From the NCBI GenBank assembly GCA_009886035.1, contig VFJN01000053.1, forward strand, positions 3,251-67,250: 64,000 nt of DNA, in the 5' to 3' direction. Made by a program: the position numbers and the translations under genes. The stretch comes from Actinomycetota bacterium. Its GTDB lineage: Bacteria > Actinomycetota > Acidimicrobiia > Acidimicrobiales > VFJN01. Of the stretch, positions 1-8,680 are shown piece after piece (the stretch's first letter is position 1; each line of letters opens with the position of its first letter). The notes under the pieces are model-generated. The model was not told the origin of the DNA. It did not search any database and was given only the letters and a program-made list of their open reading frames with translations.

Positions 1-1118
1 AAGGCGACGAGGGCGGTGATGTCACGATGAGCCGCAATGACCGCGGGCCAGGTGGCCGGCGCGGTCTTCGCGACCACCGGCGGCGGTGGGCCACCGGGGG
101 CGATCCGTTTGATCACCGCCAGTGCCCCGGCGAGAACAAGGCCCCCTACGAGGAGGATGGTGACACTGGTGAGCAGCGTCGATGAGAAGGTGGTGACCAT
201 CGATTGGATGGCGGCTCGTGCCCCGGGGTCGGTGGCGAGTTGGGGCAGGTGGTGTACCACGGCGAAGATCACGGCTCGAGCGACGGCCATGGCTCCGGCG
301 ATGGCGAGGAGAAGAATCAACCCGGTCCGGCGGCGGCGCTGGGCGAGCAGCATCGTGAACACGAGGGCGACGACGGTGAGCACAACGATGATCTCTACGG
401 CCTGCTGAAAGGCAGAGATGGCCGTCTGTGCTTGGGAAACCCAGGCGCTGGTGTTGGCGACCGGGTCACCCTCGATGACGGTCAGTTGTCCGAAATCAGC
501 CGGCAGCGAGCGGCCGGTGGATTTTTCGAGGGCCGCGATCTGTTGGGTGGGGTCGCCGTCGCGAGAGAGGTCGGGAAGGGTGACCTGGGTCAAGAACCCC
601 GATTTCTGCAGGGAACCCAGCGCCACTCCGAGCACGGGGAGCAGATTGACCGACACCTTGTTGTCCTTGATCGCCATCCCCTTGATCGCCGGCTCACCCT
701 TGATGACACGAACGAGTACCGGCTGAGCCTTCCGCGCGGCCGCCGTGATCAGGTCTTGGGTGGCATCGAGCGTCAACAGTCGGTCGACGGCCGACCGCAC
801 CAACGCGCGCTCGGCGCCGACGAGGACCGGGGAGAGTTTGGAAAGAGACGGGGGGAGCTTTTCGCCGATGGCCGCATCGAGGGGGATGGCCTGCGTAATC
901 TCTTTGCTGAGGTAGGTAGCCATCGCATCGGTTACGGCGGGTTCGAGGAGGGCCTGCTCCACCGCGTTGGCCAGCGAATCCGGTTTGAAGAGCACCTCTT
1001 GCGACCACACCGCCAGCACACTGGCCAGCACCCCGATAATGGTCAGGATGCCGAAGAAGGCAGTACCAAAGGTGCGGAATCGTTGGGACTTACCGGCCGT
1101 GGTGGTGGTGCTAGTCAT
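1..1118 (-). CDS. integral membrane protein of unknown function, partial (C-terminus beyond window edge)
   Basis: Hand translation of the minus strand from ATG (1118-1116) stays open to position 1: MTSTTTTAGKSQRFRTFGTAFFGILTIIGVLASVLAVW..., with later hydrophobic helices IIVVLTVVALVFTMLLA, LILLLAIAGAMAVARAVIFAVV and LLTSVTILLVGGLVLAGALAV. No alternative in-frame start lies between 1119 and the upstream stop at 1209-1211. It is absent from the ORF track only because it runs off the edge. Plus-strand ORF 204..1163 is its Gly/Arg-rich antisense shadow. Confidence 0.6.
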   Translation of the reverse strand, partial: MTSTTTTAGKSQRFRTFGTAFFGILTIIGVLASVLAVWSQEVLFKPDSLANAVEQALLEPAVTDAMATYLSKEITQAIPLDAAIGEKLPPSLSKLSPVLVGAERALVRSAVDRLLTLDATQDLITAAARKAQPVLVRVIKGEPAIKGMAIKDNKVSVNLLPVLGVALGSLQKSGFLTQVTLPDLSRDGDPTQQIAALEKSTGRSLPADFGQLTVIEGDPVANTSAWVSQAQTAISAFQQAVEIIVVLTVVALVFTMLLAQRRRRTGLILLLAIAGAMAVARAVIFAVVHHLPQLATDPGARAAIQSMVTTFSSTLLTSVTILLVGGLVLAGALAVIKRIAPGGPPPPVVAKTAPATWPAVIAAHRDITALVA

Positions 1119-1208
1119 AGGACTGACAATGTTAGTCAGCGAGTACCGCTGGGTCCCGGCTAGGCCTCCATGTCGTCGGAGGTCGGGTGCGGGCCGAGGC
1201 GTCGTGGA

Positions 1209-1943
1209 TTAGCTCTGGGTGCCGCCATCGATCACCAGCGCGGTGCCCGTAATCATGCGGGCGGCGTCGGACGCCAGATAGGCGATGGCCTCGGCCACCT
1301 CGTCGGGGTGGACCAGCGCGGGGATCACGCTGTGGAGGCGGTCCATGAGTCGGGGGTCGGCGTCGGTCGGGATCGAGGCGGAGGCCGGTCCGAGAAGGGG
1401 CGTGTCCACCCCACCCGGGCAGACGCAGTTCACCCGGATGCCCCGATCAGCCACCTCCAGGGCCAGCGATTTCGTGAAGAGCACCGCCCCACCCTTCGAG
1501 GCGGAGTAGGCCGAGGTGTACGCCTGGCCTTTCAGGCCCGCTACCGAGGCCACCGTGACGATGCAACCGGCCCGAGCGGCCAGATGGGGAACGGCGGCCT
1601 GTGACACGAGGAAGGGACCGGTGAGGTTCACGGCCAGATGGTGCTGCCAGTCGGCCCAGGTCAGGTCCTCGATGCGCGAAAAATGCACGATGCCGGCCAC
1701 GTTCACGACGATGTCGAGCCCGCCGAGGTGTTCGAGGGCGGCCGCCATGAAGGCACCCACCGAGCCGGGGTCGGTGACGTCGCCCTCCCAAACGTCGTCG
1801 CTCGGTTGCAGGTCAATCCCCACCACGGTGGCTCCCTCGGAGCGCAGGAGCGCCACCGTGGCGGCGCCGATGCCCGAAGCGGCTCCGGTGACCAGGGCGC
1901 GACGCCCCTCGAAACGTGTCATCACCGCACCGTACCGGGACAC
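1209..1943 (-). CDS. short-chain dehydrogenase/reductase (classical SDR)
   Basis: 244 aa. Rossmann motif TGAASGIGAAT, NVAG, catalytic YSASKGG (YxxxK), PGGVDTP. Confidence 0.9.
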   Translation of the reverse strand: MSRYGAVMTRFEGRRALVTGAASGIGAATVALLRSEGATVVGIDLQPSDDVWEGDVTDPGSVGAFMAAALEHLGGLDIVVNVAGIVHFSRIEDLTWADWQHHLAVNLTGPFLVSQAAVPHLAARAGCIVTVASVAGLKGQAYTSAYSASKGGAVLFTKSLALEVADRGIRVNCVCPGGVDTPLLGPASASIPTDADPRLMDRLHSVIPALVHPDEVAEAIAYLASDAARMITGTALVIDGGTQS

Positions 1944-2012
1944 CGGGATCCGAGGGTGCCGATCATGTGGCCCGGGCAGATCCGGAGGGGCTAACGATCT
2001 CCACCGGGGGGC

Positions 2013-2852
2013 TCAGCCGGGGTGGGGCTCGATGGTTCGGTAATCGCCGAAGGGTGCATCTCGTTCCTGCAGGGCGGCAGTAAGGCCCTTGTGTTTCATT
2101 TCGTTGAGGAACACCTCAAAGCTCTCCTGGTGAATGCCCAGGGCGCAGATGTCGGTACCGGCCCGGATGGACTGGCGCAGGCCCATGTGGTCCATGGCGC
2201 GGTGCACGGTGCGCTTGTTGAGTTGCACGATGTCGGGGGGGAGCAGGGCGATGCGCTGGGCCACCGCCAGCACCGATGTCTCGAGATCGGCGGCGGGGAA
2301 GGCACGGTTGGCCCAGCCCAGTCGGACGGCCTCGGTGCCGGAGATGGAGTCGCCGGTCACCATCATTTCCATGGCCGCCCGCATCCCCAGCAGCCACGCA
2401 TGGAACTGCATGTCCGGCACCCCGAACCGCACCGCCGGATAGCCCATTTTGGCATCATCGGCCACGTAGACGAGGTCACAGCCGGTGGCTAGTTCGCTGC
2501 CACCCGCCAGGCAGTAGCCGTGCACCTGGGCGATCACTGGTTTTTGTAGGTCCCAGATGCCCATCCATGTCTCGGTCACATGGCGCGGCCATTGGCCTTC
2601 CCCCGGTGCTGTGAAATGCGGGTAGTCGTGGCCTTCGTTCCCGCCTCCGATGTCGTAGCCCGCGGAAAACGATGTGCCCGCCCCACGAATGATGGAGACG
2701 CGAATGTCAGGGTCTACGTCGGCCGCCTGCAGTCCTTCGATCAGTTGGCCGCGCAGGGGATTGTTGAGCGCGTTGCGTTTCTCGGGCCGGTTGAGGGTGA
2801 AGCGCGCCACATGGGGGGCGGGGGCGTCTATCAGGACAAGCGGGCTGGTCAT
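2013..2852 (-). CDS. enoyl-CoA hydratase/isomerase (crotonase) family protein
   Basis: 279 aa. Crotonase signatures LNRPEKRNAL, GAGTSFSAGYDIG, VHGYCLAGGSELA. Confidence 0.85.
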   Translation of the reverse strand: MTSPLVLIDAPAPHVARFTLNRPEKRNALNNPLRGQLIEGLQAADVDPDIRVSIIRGAGTSFSAGYDIGGGNEGHDYPHFTAPGEGQWPRHVTETWMGIWDLQKPVIAQVHGYCLAGGSELATGCDLVYVADDAKMGYPAVRFGVPDMQFHAWLLGMRAAMEMMVTGDSISGTEAVRLGWANRAFPAADLETSVLAVAQRIALLPPDIVQLNKRTVHRAMDHMGLRQSIRAGTDICALGIHQESFEVFLNEMKHKGLTAALQERDAPFGDYRTIEPHPG

Positions 2853-2871
2853 CTGCTTAACGTAGGCGCAG

Positions 2872-3435
2872 TTACGACGTCATGCCGCCCAGACCCACGA
2901 GCCCGCGGGCTAGTTCGATTTCTCCCATGTGGCGCAGTCCGTGCTGGTAGATCCAGCATTCGATGGCATCGAGCATCGTGATGCCATCGTCACCGGCCAC
3001 CCGGGCGCTGTAGGTATTGGCCACCATGGGGGGCAGGGGCCGGGGCACGATCACGTTGGTGAGCGCGGCGGGTTGGAGTTCGCCGAGCCAGGTCTCGGTA
3101 CGGCTGAACACCGCTCGCTGGTACTCCCCGAACGCCTCGTAGTCGCCGATGCGTTGGTGCACCATCTCGGCCACCGTGCGTTCTTTCCCATGGTCGTCGA
3201 TGGCCATCTGCACCCGCGCTTGCCAGTCGTGGTTCCACACGGTGGGCTGACCCATGAGCAGGCTGGAGGAAACGTCTTGCATGTTGGTGTAATGAAACAG
3301 GCAGAAGGCGATGGGCAGAACGCCCTCACGCTCGAAATGGTTCACATGGCTGAGGTCCATGGAGGCGATGGCATCCTCGTACAAGGAGTGCATGGCCCGC
3401 ATCCGGCGGCAGAGCGAATCGAGTAGCAAAGGCAT
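2872..3435 (-). CDS. DinB/YfiT-like helical-bundle protein (family call tentative)
   Basis: 187 aa with high GC3. The spaced His pattern (SHVNHFE, LFHYT, YQHGLRHMGEIE) resembles DinB-superfamily metal-binding bundles. A near-consensus promoter lies directly upstream on the minus strand. Confidence 0.55.
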   Translation of the reverse strand: MPLLLDSLCRRMRAMHSLYEDAIASMDLSHVNHFEREGVLPIAFCLFHYTNMQDVSSSLLMGQPTVWNHDWQARVQMAIDDHGKERTVAEMVHQRIGDYEAFGEYQRAVFSRTETWLGELQPAALTNVIVPRPLPPMVANTYSARVAGDDGITMLDAIECWIYQHGLRHMGEIELARGLVGLGGMTS

Positions 3436-3440
3436 CCGGC

Positions 3441-3480
3441 ACCCTAGGTATTGTCAGAAAAAGGTGTCAATAGATAGCGT
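3441..3480. promoter_or_regulatory. back-to-back divergent leaderless promoters forming an imperfect inverted repeat; candidate TetR operator
   Basis: Plus strand: TTGTCA (3451-3456)-N18-TAGCGT (3475-3480)-N7-ATG 3488. Minus strand: TTGACA (3470-3465)-N18-TAGGGT (3446-3441)-N5-ATG 3435. Arms CTAGGTATTGTCA (3444-3456) and TGTCAATAGATAG (3465-3477) match 10/13 as an inverted repeat. Confidence 0.45.
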
Positions 3481-3487
3481 GCGATCA

Positions 3488-4093
3488 ATGACGACCACCG
3501 AAGCCCCCCTCGACGGTCGGCGGCAGCGCCGGGATCGCAATCGGGATGCCGTGGTAGAGGCGCTGTTGGACCTCTACCGAGCCGGCAATCTTGCCCCTCG
3601 GACCGAGGAGATCGCTGAGCGAGCCGGTATCTCCGCTCGGTCGTTGTTCCGGTACTTCGATGATGTGGATGCGCTCGTGCGGGAGGCGATAGATCGACAG
3701 CAGAAACTCTTGGCCCCGCTCTTCGCCCTCACCGTGAGGCCGGAGCAACCGCTCCCGGGGCGAGTGGACCGTTTCGTGGCCGAACGGAGTGAACTGCTCG
3801 ATGCCATGGGCCCCGTGGGCGAACTCGCCCGGTCCCTTTCCCCCAAACAGCCTCGAGTGGCCAGTGAGTTGGGGCGCATCCGGGCTGTGCTGCGGGGTCA
3901 ACTGGCGGAGGTCTTCGGGCCCGAGTTACGGCAACTCCCCGCCGCCGAACGCGGCGATGTCCTAGCCGGGCTTGACGTGGCTTGTTCCTGGGAGGCGCGC
4001 TACTTATTGCGCAAGGATCAGCGCATGAGCAGCGCGGCCGCCCGCCGCGTGACTACTCGTCTCATCATGGGCCTCCTGGACAGGCCAGCCTGA
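3488..4093 (+). CDS. TetR/AcrR family transcriptional regulator
   Basis: HTH region TEEIAERAGISARSLFRYFDD. Start moved from track 3311 to ATG 3488 because the upstream part overlaps the DinB-like gene and the intergenic promoter region. The stop overlaps the next start (TGATG at 4091-4095). Confidence 0.85.
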   Translation: MTTTEAPLDGRRQRRDRNRDAVVEALLDLYRAGNLAPRTEEIAERAGISARSLFRYFDDVDALVREAIDRQQKLLAPLFALTVRPEQPLPGRVDRFVAERSELLDAMGPVGELARSLSPKQPRVASELGRIRAVLRGQLAEVFGPELRQLPAAERGDVLAGLDVACSWEARYLLRKDQRMSSAAARRVTTRLIMGLLDRPA

Positions 4094-4524
4094 TGCGGGC
4101 ATCGCAGCGTCGCCACCGTGTGATCGAGGTATCGGCGGAGCGAGCCTGGGAGGTGGTGGGGCGAGCAGCCTTGCTGCATCTCTGGTTCCCCGGCATTACC
4201 TCTTGTGTTGTCGAAGGTGACACCCGCACCATCGTGTTGGGCAGCGGCGTGAGCCTGCCCGAAACAATTCTCACCAACGATGCGCTGCAACGCCGATTTC
4301 AGTATCGAATCACCGGGGGGCTGTTCGCAGAGCATCTCGGCACCATCGATGTGATCGCCCTCGAAGAGAATCGCTGCCTGGCCATCTACAGCAGTGACGC
4401 CGATCCCGGGGTGATGGCCATCGTGCTCGGTGGTGCCACCGGCGGCGCCCTGGAAGAACTCGCTCGCCAACTCGAGACCGGCGTCGGACCGGCGATTGAC
4501 GCTCTCACCACCACGGAGACCTAA
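4093..4524 (+). CDS. SRPBCC (START/Bet v1-like, polyketide_cyc2-type) ligand-binding protein
   Basis: 143 aa from the internal ATG of track ORF 3982..4524. Pattern AERAWEVVGRAALLHLWFPGITSCVVEGDTRTIVL...RFQYRITGG...HLGTIDV is typical of SRPBCC proteins. The start overlaps the TetR stop and the stop overlaps the sulfatase start (TAATG at 4522-4526). Confidence 0.7.
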   Translation: MRASQRRHRVIEVSAERAWEVVGRAALLHLWFPGITSCVVEGDTRTIVLGSGVSLPETILTNDALQRRFQYRITGGLFAEHLGTIDVIALEENRCLAIYSSDADPGVMAIVLGGATGGALEELARQLETGVGPAIDALTTTET

Positions 4525-6092
4525 TGGGCCGCAAAATTCTCTTCATCACCACCGATCAGCAGCGCTACGACACGCTGGGGTGCAACGGCGGCGAGTTGAG
4601 CCGCACGCCGGTAGTGGACCGCCTCGCCGCCGAGGGGGTGCGTTACGAGAGAGCGGTCCCGCAGTCGGTGGTGTGCATGCCATCGCGCTCCACGATGCTT
4701 ACCGGTCAGCATCCCAGCACCCATGGCGTGTGGATGAATGGCGTGGCCCTGCCCGTCGATGCTCCCTCGGTGGCGGCGGTGCTCCACCAGAGCGGCTACC
4801 GCACGGCGCTGGTGGGCAAGCCGCACTTCGAACCGTTTCTGGATCCCTTCAATCGCTTCACCGAGAATCGGGTGGCGGCCTCCGGTCTCCCCACGGCGCA
4901 GTCGCTTCAGGCAGACGGCGGGATGGGCCCGCACCGGGGCTTCGATCACCTCGAGTTTGCCACCCATTCGCCGGCAGGATCGCTCCACTACGCCCGATGG
5001 ATGGTGGAGAATCACTTCGATGCGTTGGGTGGTTTTTACGCCGTACTCGACAAGGAACTAGAGGTGAATGCTGCCGGCGGGGGCGATACGGGGGCGCCGC
5101 AAGTGCAGATCAACCCCGTGGCCCGTGAGTGGTACCACACCGATTGGGTGGCCGACCGCACGATCGCCTGGCTCGACGGGTTGGAGGCAGATGACGACTG
5201 GTTCTGCTGGATGAGTTTCCCGGACCCGCATCACCCGTGGGATCCGCCCGCCTCCGAACTAGGGCGAGTGGATTGGCGCGACGTGCCCCTGCCGGCGGGT
5301 TACGTGGCGGACCTGGCTGAGCGCGAGCGGATTCTTGACGACAAGCCCCGCCATTGGCGCCTTTGGTACGACGGTGAGTTGGTGTCGAACTACGAGGCCC
5401 CCACCCGATGGGTGCCGGCCACGCTGACGGCTGATCAGGTGCGGGAAGTGAACGCGGTGAACGCGGTGGAGGTGGAACTCATCGATGAAGCCATCGGTCG
5501 GGTCCTGGCGGCGGCGCAGGCCAGAGGCTGGGCGGAGGACCTCGACGTTGTGTTCACCACCGATCATGGCGAGCTACAAGGCGACTTTGGTCTGCTGTTC
5601 AAGGGTCCGTATCACGTCGACGGCCTGATGCGGCTGCCGTTGATCTGGAGGCCGGCGCCCTCCGCCGGGGTGGAGGCGGCCACGGTCACCCTGCCGGTGG
5701 GCCTGGTGGACCTCGCCCCGACGTTCTGCGCCATTGCCGGGCTCGACGCCCAGCCCTGGATGGAGGGCAACGCGCTGCCCCTGGACGACGCCGACGCCGC
5801 CGCCCGCGGGTTCGAGCGAGTTCTGACCGAGTGGGACAGTGAGCTCTTCGGCGTGGCGGTGCATCTGCGCACGATCACCCGGGACGGCTGGGTGTGCACC
5901 ACCTACCGGCCCGGCACCGTGCACGACGGCAGCGAGGGAGAGTTGTACGACCTCTCCGAAGATCCGCTCCAGCAGGTCAATCGGTGGGACGACGCCGCCG
6001 TGAGGTCGATACGCGATGACTTGGTGGCTGATCTAGGGGACCACCTCCCGGCCCCCCGGGTGCCCCGGCTCCCCGTGGACGCCCCCGTATGA
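4524..6092 (+). CDS. Cys-type sulfatase (arylsulfatase family)
   Basis: 522 aa. N-terminal FITTDQQR metal-binding region and the formylglycine signature CMPSRSTMLTG (C-x-P-x-R). Later motifs GKPHF and FTTDHGE. Confidence 0.9.
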   Translation: MGRKILFITTDQQRYDTLGCNGGELSRTPVVDRLAAEGVRYERAVPQSVVCMPSRSTMLTGQHPSTHGVWMNGVALPVDAPSVAAVLHQSGYRTALVGKPHFEPFLDPFNRFTENRVAASGLPTAQSLQADGGMGPHRGFDHLEFATHSPAGSLHYARWMVENHFDALGGFYAVLDKELEVNAAGGGDTGAPQVQINPVAREWYHTDWVADRTIAWLDGLEADDDWFCWMSFPDPHHPWDPPASELGRVDWRDVPLPAGYVADLAERERILDDKPRHWRLWYDGELVSNYEAPTRWVPATLTADQVREVNAVNAVEVELIDEAIGRVLAAAQARGWAEDLDVVFTTDHGELQGDFGLLFKGPYHVDGLMRLPLIWRPAPSAGVEAATVTLPVGLVDLAPTFCAIAGLDAQPWMEGNALPLDDADAAARGFERVLTEWDSELFGVAVHLRTITRDGWVCTTYRPGTVHDGSEGELYDLSEDPLQQVNRWDDAAVRSIRDDLVADLGDHLPAPRVPRLPVDAPV

Positions 6093-7378
6093 CCACCCCG
6101 GGGACGGGAACCACCGGAGGGGCGTACTGGGACAGTCCGTGGCCGGCCGAAGATGGGGGGGCGCGCCGGCAGCAGGTGCCCGTCGGGCATGCCGGACTCG
6201 GGATGGCTACCGGCGCCGCGTTGGTGGTGACCCATCGGGAGTCGCCCGGCACCACGATGGTGGTGCTGCGCGACCCCGGCGAGGTGTACGTGCTGCGCCA
6301 CGGCTTTGGCCCCCTCGTGGAGTGCTGGGTGGAGCAGATCGATCCGGTCACCCTGGCCGTGTTGCGGCAGAGCCCCCCCCTGGCGGCCGGGCCGATGTGG
6401 CCTGGAGGCCTCGCCTGTCATGCCGACGGATCTCTCCATGTCGTGTTCGGCAATCACGCCCATCGCCTCGCCGCCGATCTCACTGTGCTGGCGTCGGTCA
6501 CCCTTCCGCGCGACCGCCCGTACAACTCATTCGTGCTGCTGCCCGACGGCAATCTGGTGACCAAAGACTTCGCCGGACAGCGTCCGGGCCAGCCGGTGAG
6601 CCCGCGGGAACCGGCCGAGGTGCTCGTGCTGCAGCCCGAGACGCTGGAGATACTGGCCCGCCTGATTCTGCCGGAGCCTTCCATCGCCCGTCTCTCCGCC
6701 GATGGGTACGACGTATACGCGGTGGGCGACACCAGTCTGCTGCGAGCGCGCTGGGACGGCGGCGCGTTGGTGCTCGACCACGAGTTCGTGGCGCCCTACC
6801 GCACCCTTGAGGGCCAGTCCTACGGATGGGACGCAGTGATCGCCGCCGGGGCGGCTTGGTTCCTCGACAACGGTGAGGGCACCGATTGTTACAACGGCTC
6901 TTTCACCGGCGGGGGCGTGGCCACTGCCCCCCTCCACATCGTGCGAGTAGACCTCGCCACGGCTGCCGTCACCCTCACCGAGGTGTGCGGCCTGCCGGGC
7001 GGTTTGATTGCCAACCCACCGCTGGTGGATGAGGACCGGCAGATCGTGGTGGGTTTCGACAGCGGCAACGGCGTGCTGGCTGCCTTCGACATCGCCGAGG
7101 AGGGGACGCTCCACCCGCGCTGGTCCCGCCCCCAAAACCATGCCGCCCATCTGTTGTTGATCCCGGAGAGCGGAGAACTGGTGAGTGCCCATCACGATGG
7201 TGCGCGCATGGCCGAGGAGGTGGTGGTGCTCGACATTTCTACCGGGTTCGAGCTGGCTCGGGCCGATTCGGGGGGGCCGTTACAGTCGGTTGTGTTCCCC
7301 GCCGCGGGCTTCGATGGTGACGCCTATCTCACCTCGTTTTCCACCCTCACCCGGATTCATGGGGAGGCCGTTAGGTGA
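6089..7378 (+). CDS. hypothetical protein, no family recognised (beta-rich, possibly propeller-like)
   Basis: 429 aa with strongly GC3-biased codons. ATGA overlap with the sulfatase stop (6089-6092). I can recognise no catalytic motif. Confidence 0.6.
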   Translation: MTTPGTGTTGGAYWDSPWPAEDGGARRQQVPVGHAGLGMATGAALVVTHRESPGTTMVVLRDPGEVYVLRHGFGPLVECWVEQIDPVTLAVLRQSPPLAAGPMWPGGLACHADGSLHVVFGNHAHRLAADLTVLASVTLPRDRPYNSFVLLPDGNLVTKDFAGQRPGQPVSPREPAEVLVLQPETLEILARLILPEPSIARLSADGYDVYAVGDTSLLRARWDGGALVLDHEFVAPYRTLEGQSYGWDAVIAAGAAWFLDNGEGTDCYNGSFTGGGVATAPLHIVRVDLATAAVTLTEVCGLPGGLIANPPLVDEDRQIVVGFDSGNGVLAAFDIAEEGTLHPRWSRPQNHAAHLLLIPESGELVSAHHDGARMAEEVVVLDISTGFELARADSGGPLQSVVFPAAGFDGDAYLTSFSTLTRIHGEAVR

Positions 7379-8603
7379 TGGCCCGAGTGTTCATATCGGT
7401 GGACATCAGCGGCAGGGTTTTTTCGGGTAGGGCGTCAATCGGGGTTTGCACCTCGGCCACCGTGGGTCCGATCTGGGCGGCTAGTGGCCGCAGGGCCTCG
7501 AGGTCGAAGCCGTAGAGGCCGGCGGCGTTGGTCGAGAGCATCATCTGCACCTCGGCGGGCTCGACGTTGCTGAAGCGGGCCCGCAGGTGCTCACGGGTAT
7601 GGGGATGGGTGCCTTCGTCATGGGGGTAGTCGCTGCCCCACATGAAGCGGTCGAGACCAATGGTGTGCCGCGCCGCCACGTCGGCGGCCCCGGGCGCGCT
7701 CACCCCCATCCACACGTTCTGTCGGAAGTAATCCGTGGCCAGTTTCGGCAGGGTGCCACCCTCGGTGAAGCGGATCTCCCCGGCGGCCCCCGATGCGTTG
7801 ATACCGGCCATCACCGTGTCGAGTTGATTCAGGAGCGGCGGTACCCACGCACAGCCGGCTTCGGTCATCACGAAGCGGAGCCGGGGGAACCGCTCGAACA
7901 CCCCGGAGAGGGTGAGCTGCACGAACGGACGTTGGGTGTAGAAGATCACCTCGTTGATGTAGAGCAGCATCGAGGTGGGGTACGGCCCGTAGTCGGGGTT
8001 GCCGGTGCCGCTGTGCACGTTCACCGGGATTTCCAGGTCCTCACACACTTCCCACAGTCGGTCGTAGATGGGGTCGTAAAGGGGCTTCACCCACTTCACA
8101 TCGGGGGCGATGTTGGGGAGGAGGATCCCACCGCGCAGGCCGTGGTTTTTGATCCAGTGCACGTCCTCGATGGCGTCATCGATGTTGTTGAGAAAGATCT
8201 GTCCCACCCCGGCGCGTCGGTTGGGGAATTCGTTGCACCAATCCACCAGCCAACGGTTGTGGGCCTGCGCGCCGGCCCGGCGGTGGGCGTACTCCGCCTC
8301 GGTGGGTGGTTTGGCGAACAGGACGAAACTGGGGAAAAAGGGGGGCACCGTGTTCGGGAAGACCACCTCGGCCACGATGCCATCGGCCTCTTGCTGCGAG
8401 TTGCGCATCTCGTTGTCCCAGTTGCGCAGCCGGCGATTGTCGCCGAGGTCCCGGTACGGGTTCCGGTACTTCTCCCGCCAGGCATCAAAGTCGTCGAGGA
8501 ACTGTGGGTCGAGGTACTCCCGGTAGGCGGCGTGAGAGCCGCCGGCATGACAGTCGGCAGAGATGATGGTGTAGTGGTCGTCGGCCCCGATGGCATTGTT
8601 CAT
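7371..8603 (-). CDS. amidohydrolase_2 (ACMSD-like metal-dependent hydrolase) family protein
   Basis: 410 aa. N-terminal IISADCHAGGS and C-terminal FMWGSDYPHDEG(T)HP are typical of amidohydrolase_2. SD-like GGGGAAGGG lies upstream. The 3' end overlaps the convergent gene by 8 nt. Confidence 0.85.
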   Translation of the reverse strand: MNNAIGADDHYTIISADCHAGGSHAAYREYLDPQFLDDFDAWREKYRNPYRDLGDNRRLRNWDNEMRNSQQEADGIVAEVVFPNTVPPFFPSFVLFAKPPTEAEYAHRRAGAQAHNRWLVDWCNEFPNRRAGVGQIFLNNIDDAIEDVHWIKNHGLRGGILLPNIAPDVKWVKPLYDPIYDRLWEVCEDLEIPVNVHSGTGNPDYGPYPTSMLLYINEVIFYTQRPFVQLTLSGVFERFPRLRFVMTEAGCAWVPPLLNQLDTVMAGINASGAAGEIRFTEGGTLPKLATDYFRQNVWMGVSAPGAADVAARHTIGLDRFMWGSDYPHDEGTHPHTREHLRARFSNVEPAEVQMMLSTNAAGLYGFDLEALRPLAAQIGPTVAEVQTPIDALPEKTLPLMSTDMNTRAIT

Positions 8604-8680
8604 GTGGTTCCCTTCCCCTCTTCGGTTACCAACCTAAGCCCACCCCGGCGGGCGGGGCTCGCCGATCCCTCGGCTCGTAG

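Noticed and set aside
1123-1139. Short inverted repeats in promoter regions. They are CTGAC-N7-GTCAG (1123-1139), TGACG-ACC-CGTCA (21905-21917), CTGAC-N5-GTCAG (34610-34624) and CCGGT-N7-ACCGG (about 32301-32317).
   Set aside because: The arms are only 5 bp and spacing is not shared, so the chance expectation is not negligible. 34610-34624 remains a weak candidate operator for the TetR at 36879, but the support is too thin to list it as a feature.
204-1163. 319-aa plus-strand ORF, along with the overlapping ORFs 37..408, 418..726 and 967..1212.
   Set aside because: The composition is Gly/Arg/Asp/His-rich and low in complexity, with no motifs. The opposite strand encodes a coherent multi-helix membrane protein that is open to the window edge. 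This is a typical antisense shadow ORF of GC-rich DNA.
6089-7378. The idea that the gene downstream of the Cys-type sulfatase is its formylglycine-generating enzyme or anSME maturase.
   Set aside because: It has no SUMF1/FGE motifs and no CxxxCxxC radical-SAM cluster. It is retained only as an unknown partner protein.
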